Positions 31,098 through 44,077 of a stretch of DNA of 52,519 nucleotides are shown piece by piece; position 1 is the first letter of the stretch, and each line of letters starts with the position of its first letter. Source of the stretch: an uncultured Fusobacterium sp. (lineage in GTDB: Bacteria > Fusobacteriota > Fusobacteriia > Fusobacteriales > Fusobacteriaceae); assembly GCA_964370665.1 (NCBI GenBank), contig CAYJKE010000002.1, positions 1-52,519 of the forward strand, given 5' to 3'. The translations under genes were made by a program, and so were the position numbers. Under the pieces are notes generated by a model. The model was not told the DNA's origin. It saw only the letters and a list, made by a program, of their open reading frames with translations, and ran no database searches.

Positions 31098-31132
31098 TTT
31101 TTACTTCTCCTTTTTAAATAAATAAACTGTTT

Positions 31133-32020
31133 TTAATTTTGAAAATCTTCCTCTGTAAACAAATATTTTTTTCCACAGAAATGACATTCAGTTTCTATGC
31201 TTCCATTTAGCTCCTCTAACAATTTATTTATTTCTTCAGGCCCTAGAGCTATTAATCCTCTAAGATATTTTTCCTTATTACAATCACAAATATACATTAC
31301 TTTTTTCTCTTCTAATATTTCATATTCTTCAACTAATTTTTCAAAAGTTTCATCATTCATATCTTCATACAATAATTTAATAATTCTTTCTAAGTCCATT
31401 CCACCTTTAAAAAGCTCTGTAATCCCTCTTATTGCTTTAATTTTATTCTCTAATAAATCTATAAATTCTTCATCTGCTCCTGGAAATAGTTGTATCATAT
31501 ATCCACCTGCAGATTTTACTGTTGTTTCATTTTCTAGTTCTACCCCTAGTGCTATAACTGTTGGTGTTTGTTCAGAAGTCATATAATAATATGATAAATC
31601 TGTTGCTATCTCTCCAGAGTTTATTTCTGATAATCCCACATAAGGTTCTTTAAGTCCCATATCTTTTATAACTCTAAGGCTTCCTTTTCCAATAAGATTT
31701 GCCACATCTGGTTGATTAGTTACTGATTGTAAAGGTAAATCTTTATCACCATTTGATAGATACCCCTTTACTCCACCAGTTGAATTTGCTGTTACAACCA
31801 TATGATTTACTAATCCATCAGTTGAAGTTATAAGAGATAATAAATCCTCTCCTTTTAAAGAAGCTCCCATTAGAAGACCTCCTGTTAAAAATCTTCCAAA
31901 TGCTGCTATTGCTGTTGGACTACACTTATGGATATCCAATGCTTTTTGTACTACTTCTGTGGAGTTTACTGCAAAAAATCTTGCATTCTTACTAACTCCT
32001 CTTATTATTCTACTTTTCAC
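31133..32020 (-). CDS. hslO: Hsp33 redox-regulated chaperone
   Basis: SGEIATDL.YY..SEQ.PT, AGGYMIQL.PG, CDC...CHFC zinc motif. Confidence 0.95.
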   Translation of the reverse strand: MKSRIIRGVSKNARFFAVNSTEVVQKALDIHKCSPTAIAAFGRFLTGGLLMGASLKGEDLLSLITSTDGLVNHMVVTANSTGGVKGYLSNGDKDLPLQSVTNQPDVANLIGKGSLRVIKDMGLKEPYVGLSEINSGEIATDLSYYYMTSEQTPTVIALGVELENETTVKSAGGYMIQLFPGADEEFIDLLENKIKAIRGITELFKGGMDLERIIKLLYEDMNDETFEKLVEEYEILEEKKVMYICDCNKEKYLRGLIALGPEEINKLLEELNGSIETECHFCGKKYLFTEEDFQN

Positions 32021-32029
32021 TCTATCCTC

Positions 32030-32530
32030 CTAATACATATTATATTTAATTATATCTTTATATTTTTCATATTTATTTGTTGGTATTATTTTTTTTAGTT
32101 CAAGATTATTACTTATTCTTTCTTTACTTTCTATGTACTCTCTTATTTCCTTTACTTCTTTTTTAGAAAACCCATAGTATATTAAGGTTTTATCATCAAC
32201 AGTATTTATATATAATGGATTAGTTTCAGGAATTTCATCCACATAAAAATCTTCTTTTAATTTTTCTACAGTTTTTTCTCCTATTCCACTTACTCTTACT
32301 AACTCATCTATTTTTTCAATACTTCCCTTAGTTTCTCTAAAATCAATAATATGTTTTGTATAACTAGCTGCCACACCACTTTGTAGCATTTCTTCTAGGG
32401 TTGCTTTGTTTATGTCTAGTTTCCCTGAACTGTTGGTACTATATATAACCCTATATTCAGTATCCAATGAAAAAGACAATATCCCTATTAGAAAAAATAC
32501 TCCTAGTATAAAAGCATTTCTTTTTTTCAT
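32030..32530 (-). CDS. ComEA-like helix-hairpin-helix DNA-binding protein
   Basis: N-terminal signal/TM; LDINKATLEEM, IIDFRETKG, RVSGIGEKT; a second degenerate repeat (YINT..IREYIE). Confidence 0.8.
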   Translation of the reverse strand: MKKRNAFILGVFFLIGILSFSLDTEYRVIYSTNSSGKLDINKATLEEMLQSGVAASYTKHIIDFRETKGSIEKIDELVRVSGIGEKTVEKLKEDFYVDEIPETNPLYINTVDDKTLIYYGFSKKEVKEIREYIESKERISNNLELKKIIPTNKYEKYKDIIKYNMY

Positions 32531-32586
32531 ACTTCCTCCATAAATATCTTAAACTCTAAGTTTTAACTTATATTTTTATTTCTTTC

Positions 32587-33987
32587 TTACAAACTTTCTA
32601 TTAACTTTCTTTTTTGTTTTGTTCTTTCTTTCATTTCTATTATATACATGTAAGGATCTTTAGGATTAATATACCTTTCTATCATCACATGATTTTCAGA
32701 AGAGTATTTAACTTTCTTACTTATTCCACCACCACCAAAAGCTATGGTTGATTGATTTTCCTCTATCATTTCAATATTAAACCTAGATTCTTTTCCCTCT
32801 ACTGAATATCCTACATTCTCTCCCCAAGCTAAAGAGTTCTTTTGTCTATACAAGTAATATGGTTTCATATTTTTATCTTTTACTACTTCTTTTATTTTTT
32901 CTTCAATTTGTAAATTTTCCATACTAGTGATTTCATACTTATTCTTTATAAGGTTAGAGCCATTTTTTATAGCTAAGAAATGTATTGTTAAGTTATCTGT
33001 TGAATACTTTTTCACTTCTTCTAAAGTATTTAATATATCTTTCGCTGTTTCTCCTGGAAGTCCAATTATAAAGTCCATATTTAAAGTAAACCCTAACTCT
33101 TTTATTTTATTAAATATTTTATCAAAATTCTCTCTATCAAATTTACGATTTAAGTTTTCTAATATCTTTTCATTAAAAGTTTGAGGATTAAGACTTAGTC
33201 TGTCCACCCCTAATTCTTTTAGAACAAGTAATTTTTCTTCTGTAATAGTATCTTCTCTTCCTGCTTCAAAAGTAAATTCTTTTAAATTGCTAAAATCTAT
33301 ATACTTATACAAAGTTTCTATAACTCTTTTTATATCTTGTGGTAACAATATACTTGGTGTTCCGCCACCAAAGTATAATGATTCTATATTTATTTTTTTA
33401 CCCTTTAAAAGTTCTCCTGTAAGTTTTATTTCTTCTATTAAAGTTTCTACAAATTCATTATAATAACTTCCTAGCTTACTTTTTATTTCATAAGAAGCAA
33501 AAGAACAATAAGTACAACGAGATGGGCAATAAGGAATTCCCACATAAACATTTATTCCATCTTTGTTTAAGTATTCCTCTTCTTTCTTTACAACATCTAG
33601 TAGTAATTTTCTTTTTTCAGGAAACACAAAGTACATCTCATCTAATATCTTATCTATTTCCTCATAAGTATATCCTAAAGCCTTGTACCTTCTTACTAAT
33701 TTAGTTGGTCTAACACCAACTAAAGCCCCCCAAGGATAAGATTTATTATATAGTTTTAAAAGTCCTGACTTTGCCATAACTGACTTTTGATCTTTAATCT
33801 TATCACTATAATTAGTTACTTTAAATATCTCCACTTTATCTTCTGTTAAAAATTCTAGAGTTATATATTCTTTAGTTTCTTCTAGTGTTTTTATATTTAA
33901 AACATCTATTCTATCCTCTTTAAGTAGGATTTTTTTAAATTCTTGTATTGTATTTTCTTTCGTTTGAAAATCTAAGTTTAACTTCAA
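32587..33987 (-). CDS. hemZ: HemZ-like radical SAM protein (HemN family)
   Basis: PWGALVGVRPTK, CPSRCTYC, YFGGGTP, EAGREDT, PYYLYRQKN. Confidence 0.85.
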   Translation of the reverse strand: MKLNLDFQTKENTIQEFKKILLKEDRIDVLNIKTLEETKEYITLEFLTEDKVEIFKVTNYSDKIKDQKSVMAKSGLLKLYNKSYPWGALVGVRPTKLVRRYKALGYTYEEIDKILDEMYFVFPEKRKLLLDVVKKEEEYLNKDGINVYVGIPYCPSRCTYCSFASYEIKSKLGSYYNEFVETLIEEIKLTGELLKGKKINIESLYFGGGTPSILLPQDIKRVIETLYKYIDFSNLKEFTFEAGREDTITEEKLLVLKELGVDRLSLNPQTFNEKILENLNRKFDRENFDKIFNKIKELGFTLNMDFIIGLPGETAKDILNTLEEVKKYSTDNLTIHFLAIKNGSNLIKNKYEITSMENLQIEEKIKEVVKDKNMKPYYLYRQKNSLAWGENVGYSVEGKESRFNIEMIEENQSTIAFGGGGISKKVKYSSENHVMIERYINPKDPYMYIIEMKERTKQKRKLIESL

Positions 33988-34003
33988 CTTCCTCTCCTAC
34001 TTC

Positions 34004-35059
34004 CTATGCTTTTCTAAGGTTTTTTATTTCTTTATCAAATTGTTCCTGAGAAAGTCTTCCTTTTCTATATAATTCTTTTACAGATTCTAATCTATTTATC
34101 GTTCCCTTTCTTCCACTCACATCTAAAAAAGAACTAATTTGATTAAGTTTTCCATTTTTTATAAGGCTACTAATAGCAGGATTTATATGTAACATTTCAC
34201 AAATAGGTACCACTATAGCCTCCCCTTTGCTTCCTACTCCTTCTGTAAAATCTTGATATATCACTCCAAGTAAATTACTTCCTACAAGCTTTTGAGCTAT
34301 TTCCTTTCTTTCAGTGCTAAAGCTATCTATCAATCTTTCAATTGCATCTACTATTCCATTAGCATATAAAGTTGATAATACAATATGCCCTGTCTCTGCT
34401 CCCATCAAAGCATTTTCTATGCTTTCTCCATCCTTTAATTCTCCTATTAAAATAATATCTGCATTCTGTCTAAGAGCAGATTTTATTCCTAAAGAATAAT
34501 TTTTTACATCTCTTCCTACTTCTCTTTGTCTCATAATACTACTTTTATTTTTATGTATAGTTTCTATGGGGTCTTCTATTGTTATAATATTATACGAATC
34601 AAGTTCATTGTATTTATCTATCATTGCTGAAGCTGTACTACTTTTTCCACTTCCTGATTTTCCACAAATTATAATAAGACCTTGAGTTTCTCCATAAAAA
34701 TCATTTATTTTTGCACTTAAGTTAAGTTCTTCTATTGTTGGTGGATCTTTTTTTATAACTCTAATAGCATAACTTATATTATCTTTTTCATAAAAAATAT
34801 TAATTCTACAATTTCCTGTTTCAGCTTCAAAAGATAAATCAAGCTCTTTATTTTCTCTCAAATTATCATATTCTTTTAATGTTAATAATTCTTTAGTTAA
34901 AATTTCCAACCCTTCTTTTGATAATATTTCATATTCAGTTACTCTATATAAAATATTATTAACCCTAAATATAGGATGTTCTTCTGCTGATAAATGAATA
35001 TCAGTTACATTGTAATTTCTTCCATTAGTTATCATTTCTATAAAAGTATTTTTATTCAT
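34004..35059 (-). CDS. PilT/PilU-family ATPase (diverged)
   Basis: TDIHL, GKSGSGKSST, TIEDPIE, QREVG.D, ALRQNADIILIGE, AETGH. Confidence 0.85.
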   Translation of the reverse strand: MNKNTFIEMITNGRNYNVTDIHLSAEEHPIFRVNNILYRVTEYEILSKEGLEILTKELLTLKEYDNLRENKELDLSFEAETGNCRINIFYEKDNISYAIRVIKKDPPTIEELNLSAKINDFYGETQGLIIICGKSGSGKSSTASAMIDKYNELDSYNIITIEDPIETIHKNKSSIMRQREVGRDVKNYSLGIKSALRQNADIILIGELKDGESIENALMGAETGHIVLSTLYANGIVDAIERLIDSFSTERKEIAQKLVGSNLLGVIYQDFTEGVGSKGEAIVVPICEMLHINPAISSLIKNGKLNQISSFLDVSGRKGTINRLESVKELYRKGRLSQEQFDKEIKNLRKA

Positions 35060-35129
35060 AATCCTCCTCATTTATAGTAAAGTTACTACTTTTTATTTTC
35101 TGATTTTATTTTTTCTTCTTCATTTGAAT

Positions 35130-35939
35130 TTATTTATTAAAAAATATCAGTACTAGCACTCCTAATACAATTCTGTAAATTCCAAAAGCTTTAAAAGTTT
35201 TTGTTTTTATGTATCCCATAAACCACTTTATTACAAAATAGGCTACTAAAAAAGAAATTGTAAAGCCTATAGCTAGTAATTGCCATTCTAATGTGGTAAA
35301 GTTCATTCCACTTTTTACAAGTTTTAGCAAAGTTGCCCCTATCATCGTAGGTATTGCCAAGAAAAAAGAAAATTCTGCTGCTACTCCCTTACTAAGTCCT
35401 AATAGTAAAGCTCCTATTATCGTCGCTCCTGACCTTGATGTCCCAGGTATCATAGCAAGACATTGAAATATCCCTATTGCAAAAGCTAATTTATACGGTA
35501 TGCTTTCTATTTTTGTTATTTGATTATCAATTTTTATCTTATCTTCTATAAAATAAAATGCTATTCCATATATTATTAAAGTAATTGCTATTATATTAGT
35601 GTTTCCCATAAAAAATTCAGTAATATAATCATCAAATAAAAGCCCTAAAACTGCTGCTGGGATAACTCCAATTACAACTTTAGACCATAAATTTATCCTC
35701 TTTTGAAAAATTTCTTTAGATTTTACAAATGGATGTATATCCTTCCAAAAATAAAGTATTACTGATATAATAGCCCCTAACTGAACTATTATAAAAAAAT
35801 TATTCATAAACTCTTTTGATACATAAGGGCTATTAATAAATTTTTCCACAAGTATCATATGACCTGTACTGCTAATAGGTAAAAATTCAGTTACTCCCTC
35901 TACTATTCCAAGTATAATAACTAATAAATAAGGATTCAT
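35130..35939 (-). CDS. uppP: Undecaprenyl-diphosphatase
   Basis: EGVTEFLPISSTGH, QLGAI, PGTSRSGATI, FSFFLAIP. Confidence 0.96.
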   Translation of the reverse strand: MNPYLLVIILGIVEGVTEFLPISSTGHMILVEKFINSPYVSKEFMNNFFIIVQLGAIISVILYFWKDIHPFVKSKEIFQKRINLWSKVVIGVIPAAVLGLLFDDYITEFFMGNTNIIAITLIIYGIAFYFIEDKIKIDNQITKIESIPYKLAFAIGIFQCLAMIPGTSRSGATIIGALLLGLSKGVAAEFSFFLAIPTMIGATLLKLVKSGMNFTTLEWQLLAIGFTISFLVAYFVIKWFMGYIKTKTFKAFGIYRIVLGVLVLIFFNK

Positions 35940-35948
35940 TTATCCTCC

Positions 35949-36959
35949 TTATAAATACTTGTCTTCTTTAGAAAGATAATTAACCACATAGTCTTTTACT
36001 CCCTCTTCTAAAGAATAGAATTTTTTAGTGTATCCAGCTTGTTTCAATTTATTCATTTCTGCCTTTGTATAATATTGATATTTACCTCTTAAATCCTCTG
36101 GCATAGGAACATAAGTTATAACTTTTTCCTCTGAAACTTCCCTATTTAATTTAAGTTCAATATTAGCCCATTCCATTGTATTTAGTGATAAGTCTTTAAA
36201 ACTTCTAGCCTCTCCTGTTCCAAGATTATATACTCCTGATGGAGCTTTTTCCATTAAAAAGAAATATAATACGTCTACAACATCTTTTATATATACAAAG
36301 TCTCTAAGTTGTCCTCCATCTTCATATCCTTCTTTATGAGATTTAAATAAATTTACCCCACCTTTTTCTGCAAATTGGTTATATGTATGGAAAACCATAG
36401 AAGCCATTCTATCTTTATGATATTCTTGAGGTCCATAAACATTAAAAAACTTACAACTTACCCATTGTTTAGGTGTTTCACTTTGCTTAAATGACCAATC
36501 ATCAAAGATTTTTTTTGAGTATCCATACTTATTTAAAGGTTGAAGTGCTTTAAACTCTTCTACTGATATTTCATCATTATATCCAAGCTCTCCACCACCA
36601 TAAGTTGCTGCAGAAGAAGAATTTACAAAGTTTATATTTTTCTTTGTACAAAACTCCCATAATTTTTTAGTGTAACCAAAGTTATTAGACATAAGAAGAT
36701 CTCCATCAGCTTCAGTAGTTGCTGATATAGCTCCAAAGTGAGCTACTCCTGTTATTTTATTTGCGTTTTCTTCCTTGTCTAACCAAGCAAAAAGTTCATC
36801 TCTATCTACCCAGTCAGCATAATCTCTTTTTCTAAGATTTAACCATTTATCTCCTGTACGCATTTTATCCACTGCTATAATTTCATTTATTCCCATTTGA
36901 TTAAGCTTCCATATAAAAGCACTTCCTATAAATCCAGCTGCACCTGTTACTATTATCAT
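35949..36959 (-). CDS. rfaD: ADP-L-glycero-D-manno-heptose 6-epimerase
   Basis: MIIVTGAAGFIGS, GAISATTE, SSAATYG, PLNKYGYSK, FNVYGPQEYHK.RMAS, YQYYTKA. Confidence 0.95.
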   Translation of the reverse strand: MIIVTGAAGFIGSAFIWKLNQMGINEIIAVDKMRTGDKWLNLRKRDYADWVDRDELFAWLDKEENANKITGVAHFGAISATTEADGDLLMSNNFGYTKKLWEFCTKKNINFVNSSSAATYGGGELGYNDEISVEEFKALQPLNKYGYSKKIFDDWSFKQSETPKQWVSCKFFNVYGPQEYHKDRMASMVFHTYNQFAEKGGVNLFKSHKEGYEDGGQLRDFVYIKDVVDVLYFFLMEKAPSGVYNLGTGEARSFKDLSLNTMEWANIELKLNREVSEEKVITYVPMPEDLRGKYQYYTKAEMNKLKQAGYTKKFYSLEEGVKDYVVNYLSKEDKYL

Positions 36960-37103
36960 AATTTCTCCTTTATCCACTTATTTTTTCCTAGTATATAATT
37001 GTATCATTTTTTCTAAAATTTTAAAAGTTTTTTTCTAATACTTACATAAAATCCCTAGTTAAATATTTTATATTTTCACTTATTTTCTTCTATTTTTAAA
37101 GTC

Positions 37104-37128
37104 AAAAATGACGCCTAGGCGTCATTTT
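37104..37128 (-). terminator. Palindromic intrinsic terminator
   Basis: Perfect 24-bp palindrome AAAATGACGCCTAGGCGTCATTTT directly after the stop codon. Confidence 0.8.
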
Positions 37129-37129
37129 A

Positions 37130-37849
37130 TTAATCTTCCCAGTTATCTAATTCAGAGAAGTATTCTGGATAAGCTATGTATAAAGCTTTTGCATTTATAT
37201 TATTTAATTGATCTTTTGTTAAAACAGCCATTTTTGATTTTGCAACTAAGTCTTCTACTCTATCAGAAATTTCAGTTCCATACCAGCTTCTAGCATCAAA
37301 GAACTCTTTTCTCTCAATAAAGTTATTAAGAATTTTTCTTAATTTAGTAACATCTTTATTACTTAAGTCCTCTTGTTTAGAAAATTCAATAATAGTTTCC
37401 CATTCTTCTTCTGTTGCAACATTATTGTAAATATGGTTAGATGGGTTAGCCATTCTTAAGTAAGAAGAAACTACCATCTTATTTACTAAAGCCTTTGGAT
37501 TCTTTATATTTGTATTTTCTAAAGTAAACTCTCTATCTAATTTTTTATTATATTTATTTACAAGCTTTGTAAATTCTTCTATATCTTCTTGTGTTATTGT
37601 TTCTTTTGTTTCTAAACTTTGTAAAAAGTTAAATTCCTTTTCACTAAGGTTTCCTGTTTTTCTCAAGTAAATTATAGGATTTTCATTTCCATACCATTCA
37701 GATATAAATGCATTTTTTTCAACTGATGCTATTATTGTTTTATCCCAGTTTTTTAATTCTTCCACACTATAAGTTTTTTCTTCTGAAACCTTAGTTGAGC
37801 TACATGCTCCTAGAATTAATACAGATGCTACTAGTAATAATTTTTTCAT
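37130..37849 (-). CDS. Putative lipoprotein
   Basis: MKKLLLVASVLILGAC lipobox. Confidence 0.8.
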   Translation of the reverse strand: MKKLLLVASVLILGACSSTKVSEEKTYSVEELKNWDKTIIASVEKNAFISEWYGNENPIIYLRKTGNLSEKEFNFLQSLETKETITQEDIEEFTKLVNKYNKKLDREFTLENTNIKNPKALVNKMVVSSYLRMANPSNHIYNNVATEEEWETIIEFSKQEDLSNKDVTKLRKILNNFIERKEFFDARSWYGTEISDRVEDLVAKSKMAVLTKDQLNNINAKALYIAYPEYFSELDNWED

Positions 37850-37862
37850 AATTCCTCCAATT

Positions 37863-40481
37863 TTATTGTTCTATACTTCTTCCACAACACTTCTCATAAG
37901 CTCTTCCACTTCCACACTCACATGTATTTTCTAAAGTCTCTTTAGCTTCTTCTAAGTTCTCTACTTCTTGCTTAGTTTTTACTACAACCTTAAACATATA
38001 TGAAGTTATTTCTTTTTTTATCGTCTCTAGCATTTTTCCGTATAATTCACCTGATATTAATTTATATTCAATTATTGGATCTTTTTGACCATACGAACGT
38101 AAATAAATACTTTCTCTTAAACCGTCTAATGCTTTTAAGTGTTCTCTCCATCTGTTGTCAACAACTTCTAATAAAACATACTTTTCAATTTGTCTCATTA
38201 TTTTTCCTGTTATGTTTTCTTCTTTAGCCTTATATTTTTCTTCTAATTCTCCTATAAGTTTTTCAGCGTATTTTTCTGGTGAGTAAGATTTATACTCTTC
38301 CAAATCAGCAATTACATACTCATAACTTTCATCTAGTTCTTCTCCTAAACCTACTATATCCCATTCCTCTTTGTATTCTCCTGCAAATCTTTCTTGTACA
38401 AGAATATTTACACTGTCATGCAACATTGTTATTACTGTTTCTTTTAGGTCTTCCTTAGATAAAGCCTCATTTCTACTTTGATAGATAGCTTCTCTTTGCT
38501 TATTCATAACATCGTCAAACTCTAATAACGATTTTCTAATTCCAAAGTTTCTTGCCTCAACTTTCTTTTGAGCATTCTCGATAGCCTTTGTTATCATACC
38601 ATGAGTTATTGGCTCATTTTCTGGTATACCAAGTCTTTCCATAGCTGTCTTAACCTTATCAGATCCAAACATCTTCATTAAGTCATCCTCTAAAGATAAG
38701 AAGAATAAAGATTCACCTGGATCTCCTTGTCTTCCCGCTCTACCTCTTAGCTGATTATCTATTCTTCTAGACTCATGTCTTTCAGTTCCTAGTATAAATA
38801 ATCCTCCAGCACCTTTAACTCTTTCTTTTTCATCTTCACATTGAACCTTATATTTCTCTGTTAACCCTTTTAATTCTTCTTCATTTTTAGCTGCGTGTTT
38901 TGCCATAAATTCTGGATTTCCACCAAGCATTATATCTGTTCCTCTACCTGCCATATTTGTAGCTATAGTAACTGCACCATATCTTCCTGCTTGTGCTATA
39001 ATCTCTGCTTCTTTAGCATGGAATTTTGCATTAAGTACATTATGAGGAATTCCTAAACTTTCTAATTCTTTTGATAGAAGTTCTGATCCTTGAATAGTTA
39101 TTGTTCCCACAAGAACTGGCTGTCCTTTTTCATGAAGTCTAACTATTTCATCTGTTATTGCTTTTATTTTTTCTTTGTGAGTTTTATATATTATGTCTCC
39201 ATTATCTTTTCTTGCTATAGGTTTGTTTGTAGGTATTACTACAACTTCAAGTCCATAAATAAATACAAACTCTGCTGCTTCTGTTTCAGCTGTTCCTGTC
39301 ATTCCAGAAAGCTTTGAATACATTCTAAAATAATTTTGAAGAGTTATTGAGGCTAGAGTTTGATTTTCTCCTGCTATCTTCACCCCTTCTTTTGCTTCTA
39401 TAGCTTGATGAAGTCCATCAGAATATCTTCTTCCTTCTAGGGCTCTTCCTGTAAACTCATCTATAATTATAACGTCGTTTTCTTTTACTAAATAATCTTT
39501 ATCTCTTTGGAACAATTCCTTAGCTTTTAAACTTTGCATTAAATAATGAGTAAGCTCTATTGTTTCAGGTGAATAAAGGTTTTCTATTCTAAGTAAACTC
39601 TCTACTTTTTTAACACCTTTTTCTGTAAGAACTATATTTTTAGATTTTTCATCAACCTCATAATCCTTCCATTTTTCTGCTGGAATATTCATTTCTTTTT
39701 TCTTTTTTATATCTGTTATTATTTCTGTTTCTCTACTTCTCTCAAGCATTCTAGCCACCTGACAGAAAGTTTCATATAGTTTAGCTGTATTAGCCGCTGC
39801 TCCTGATATAATAAGAGGAGTTCTCGCCTCATCTATAAGTATTGAGTCAACCTCATCAACTATACAGAAGTTTAACTTCTTTTGTACCTTATCTTCTAGT
39901 CTTCCAACCATATTATCTCTTAGGTAGTCAAATCCAAATTCTGAGTTAGTTCCATATGTTATATCGCACTCATAAGCTTTTTTTCTCGTTTCATTATCAA
40001 GACCATTTAATATAACCCCTGTTGTTAAACCTAGGAAACCATATAGTCTAGACATTTGTTCTTTATCTCTTGCTGCTAGGTAGTCATTTACTGTAATAAC
40101 ATGAACTCCATCTCCTGATAAAGCATTTAAATACACTGGACAAGTTGCAACTAAAGTTTTTCCCTCTCCTGTTTTCATCTCTGTTATTTTACCACTATGA
40201 AGAACTATACCACCAATCATCTGAACATCATAATGTCTCATTCCTAAAACTCTTTTTGAAGCTTCTCTTACAACTGCAAAGGCTTCCTTTAAGATATCAT
40301 CTAAAGTTTCTCCCTTAGCCAATCTTTCTCTAAACTCTACAGTTTTATTTTTTAATTCTTCATCTGTCAAAGCTTCATATTGAGGCTCCAAATCATTTAT
40401 TTCTTTTACAACCTTTGTTATTTTTTTTATTTCTCTGTCATTTTTAGTACCAAAAATTTTCTTTAATAAACCAGTTATCAT
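37863..40481 (-). CDS. secA: Preprotein translocase subunit SecA
   Basis: [54 protein letters not shown]-terminal CxCGSG..YEKCCG. Confidence 0.98.
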   Translation of the reverse strand: MITGLLKKIFGTKNDREIKKITKVVKEINDLEPQYEALTDEELKNKTVEFRERLAKGETLDDILKEAFAVVREASKRVLGMRHYDVQMIGGIVLHSGKITEMKTGEGKTLVATCPVYLNALSGDGVHVITVNDYLAARDKEQMSRLYGFLGLTTGVILNGLDNETRKKAYECDITYGTNSEFGFDYLRDNMVGRLEDKVQKKLNFCIVDEVDSILIDEARTPLIISGAAANTAKLYETFCQVARMLERSRETEIITDIKKKKEMNIPAEKWKDYEVDEKSKNIVLTEKGVKKVESLLRIENLYSPETIELTHYLMQSLKAKELFQRDKDYLVKENDVIIIDEFTGRALEGRRYSDGLHQAIEAKEGVKIAGENQTLASITLQNYFRMYSKLSGMTGTAETEAAEFVFIYGLEVVVIPTNKPIARKDNGDIIYKTHKEKIKAITDEIVRLHEKGQPVLVGTITIQGSELLSKELESLGIPHNVLNAKFHAKEAEIIAQAGRYGAVTIATNMAGRGTDIMLGGNPEFMAKHAAKNEEELKGLTEKYKVQCEDEKERVKGAGGLFILGTERHESRRIDNQLRGRAGRQGDPGESLFFLSLEDDLMKMFGSDKVKTAMERLGIPENEPITHGMITKAIENAQKKVEARNFGIRKSLLEFDDVMNKQREAIYQSRNEALSKEDLKETVITMLHDSVNILVQERFAGEYKEEWDIVGLGEELDESYEYVIADLEEYKSYSPEKYAEKLIGELEEKYKAKEENITGKIMRQIEKYVLLEVVDNRWREHLKALDGLRESIYLRSYGQKDPIIEYKLISGELYGKMLETIKKEITSYMFKVVVKTKQEVENLEEAKETLENTCECGSGRAYEKCCGRSIEQ

Positions 40482-40518
40482 CTTATTCTCTCCATTTTTT
40501 TATAATTTGTTATATTTA

Positions 40519-40548
40519 AACTATACCATACTCTTAGCTAAGAGTCAA
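40519..40548 (-). promoter_or_regulatory. secA promoter with an internal 16-bp palindrome
   Basis: TTGACT-17 nt-TATAGT with a TG extension; ACTCTTAGCTAAGAGT at 40530-40545. Confidence 0.6.
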
Positions 40549-40553
40549 CAAAA

Positions 40554-42581
<2,028 letters not shown>

Positions 42582-42591
42582 TCATCCTATT

Positions 42592-43095
42592 TTATTTAAA
42601 TTCTTTTAAAACTTCTTGTACCCACTCATATACTTTATCTGGAGTTTCTGTATCTTGATTATTTTCATCAAGAGCTAATCCTACAAATTTATCATCTATT
42701 ATAGCTGTTGTCTCTTGATGTTTATATCCCTCATTTAAAGTGAACCCTACTATCTTTCCATTATTTTTTATTACAATATCATATAAAATTCTTATTGAGT
42801 CTACAAATGATTCTCCAAAAGTGAACTGATTTCCAAGTCCTATAAGCCCCACAGTCTTCCCTGTAAAATCTATATTTTTAAGCTCTTCTATTTTCTCTTC
42901 CCAATCTTTTTGTAGTTCTCCAACCCCGTAAGTAGGAGTAAGAAAAACTAGGTTTTCAAAATCTTTTATTTTTTCAACTCCATCTACAACGTTAAAAACT
43001 TCTCTTTCATATTTTTTCAAATTGAAATCCACTTCATCTGCAATGCTTTCTGTTTTTCCACTTGTTGTTCCATAAAAAATCCCTATTTTTTTCAT
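42592..43095 (-). CDS. fldA: Long-chain flavodoxin
   Basis: IGIFYGTTSGKTE, PTYGVGELQ, GLGNQ, FVGLALDE.NQ. Confidence 0.9.
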   Translation of the reverse strand: MKKIGIFYGTTSGKTESIADEVDFNLKKYEREVFNVVDGVEKIKDFENLVFLTPTYGVGELQKDWEEKIEELKNIDFTGKTVGLIGLGNQFTFGESFVDSIRILYDIVIKNNGKIVGFTLNEGYKHQETTAIIDDKFVGLALDENNQDTETPDKVYEWVQEVLKEFK

Positions 43096-43195
43096 TTGCA
43101 TCTCCTTTTAAGATTTTCTCTATAAGATTAATTGTTTTTTTACAATTATATTATTATTTTTTAGTTTTATAAATTCTTGAATTTGAAATAAATTT

Positions 43196-43903
43196 TTATT
43201 TTAAATTGCAAATATCTTTTATTACTTCTCCGCCAATTATAAGTCCTGCTACTGAAGGGACAAAAGATATGCTTCCTACATTTTTCATTTTTTCACGGCT
43301 ACCATCTAAGTTTTCTGGTTTTCTTGGAACCTCTTTTGAATATAAAACTTTTAATTTATTTATCCTTCTTGACTTTAACTCTCTTCTTATTACTCTAGCT
43401 AATGGACAAACTGAAGTTTTGTTAATATCTTGAATTTCTAACATCAAAGGATTGATTTTATTTCCTGTTCCCATTGAAGAAATTATAGGTATATTATTTT
43501 TTTTTGCCATTTCTATTAAGGATAATTTTGAAGTTACTAAATCAATTGCATCTACTACATAGTCATATTTTTTATCTCTAAAAAATTCTTCAGCATTTTC
43601 TGGTACATATCTTGTTGGTATTCCTGTTATTTTTATATCTGGATTAATTGACTTAGCTCTTTCTATTATAAGCTCAGTTTTTACTCTTCCAATAGTATTT
43701 GTTGTTGCAATTATCTGTCTATTGATATTAGTTATATCCACTGTATCAAAATCCACAACAGTAAGTTCTCCTATCCCACCTCTAACAAGTGCTTCTACTA
43801 CAAAACCTCCTACTCCACCTAATCCAAATACTATCACATGAGATTTTTTTAGTTTTTCTATATTCTCTTTTCCTATTAATAATTCTTCTCTTTGAAATAT
43901 CAT
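43196..43903 (-). CDS. tcdA: tRNA threonylcarbamoyladenosine dehydratase (ThiF family)
   Basis: GLGGVG, DFDTV..TNINRQ, DAID, SSMGTGNK, CPLARVIR, YSKE. Confidence 0.9.
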   Translation of the reverse strand: MIFQREELLIGKENIEKLKKSHVIVFGLGGVGGFVVEALVRGGIGELTVVDFDTVDITNINRQIIATTNTIGRVKTELIIERAKSINPDIKITGIPTRYVPENAEEFFRDKKYDYVVDAIDLVTSKLSLIEMAKKNNIPIISSMGTGNKINPLMLEIQDINKTSVCPLARVIRRELKSRRINKLKVLYSKEVPRKPENLDGSREKMKNVGSISFVPSVAGLIIGGEVIKDICNLK

Positions 43904-44077
43904 ATTACCTCTTTATATTTTTTTATTTTACCATTTATATTATATAATATCTCTGGAAAAAATAAAAGTTATTTTTATTTATACTTGATTACAATTAAAA
44001 TTTAATTAAATTTATTGGGTGAATTCTTTCTTTCTGTGATATAATATTTTATAATAATTTATATTTTAGGAGACAAA

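Noticed and set aside
37105..37128. Perfect 24-bp palindrome as a recombination site or operator
   Set aside because: Its position directly after a stop codon, with T tails, is adequately explained as an intrinsic terminator.
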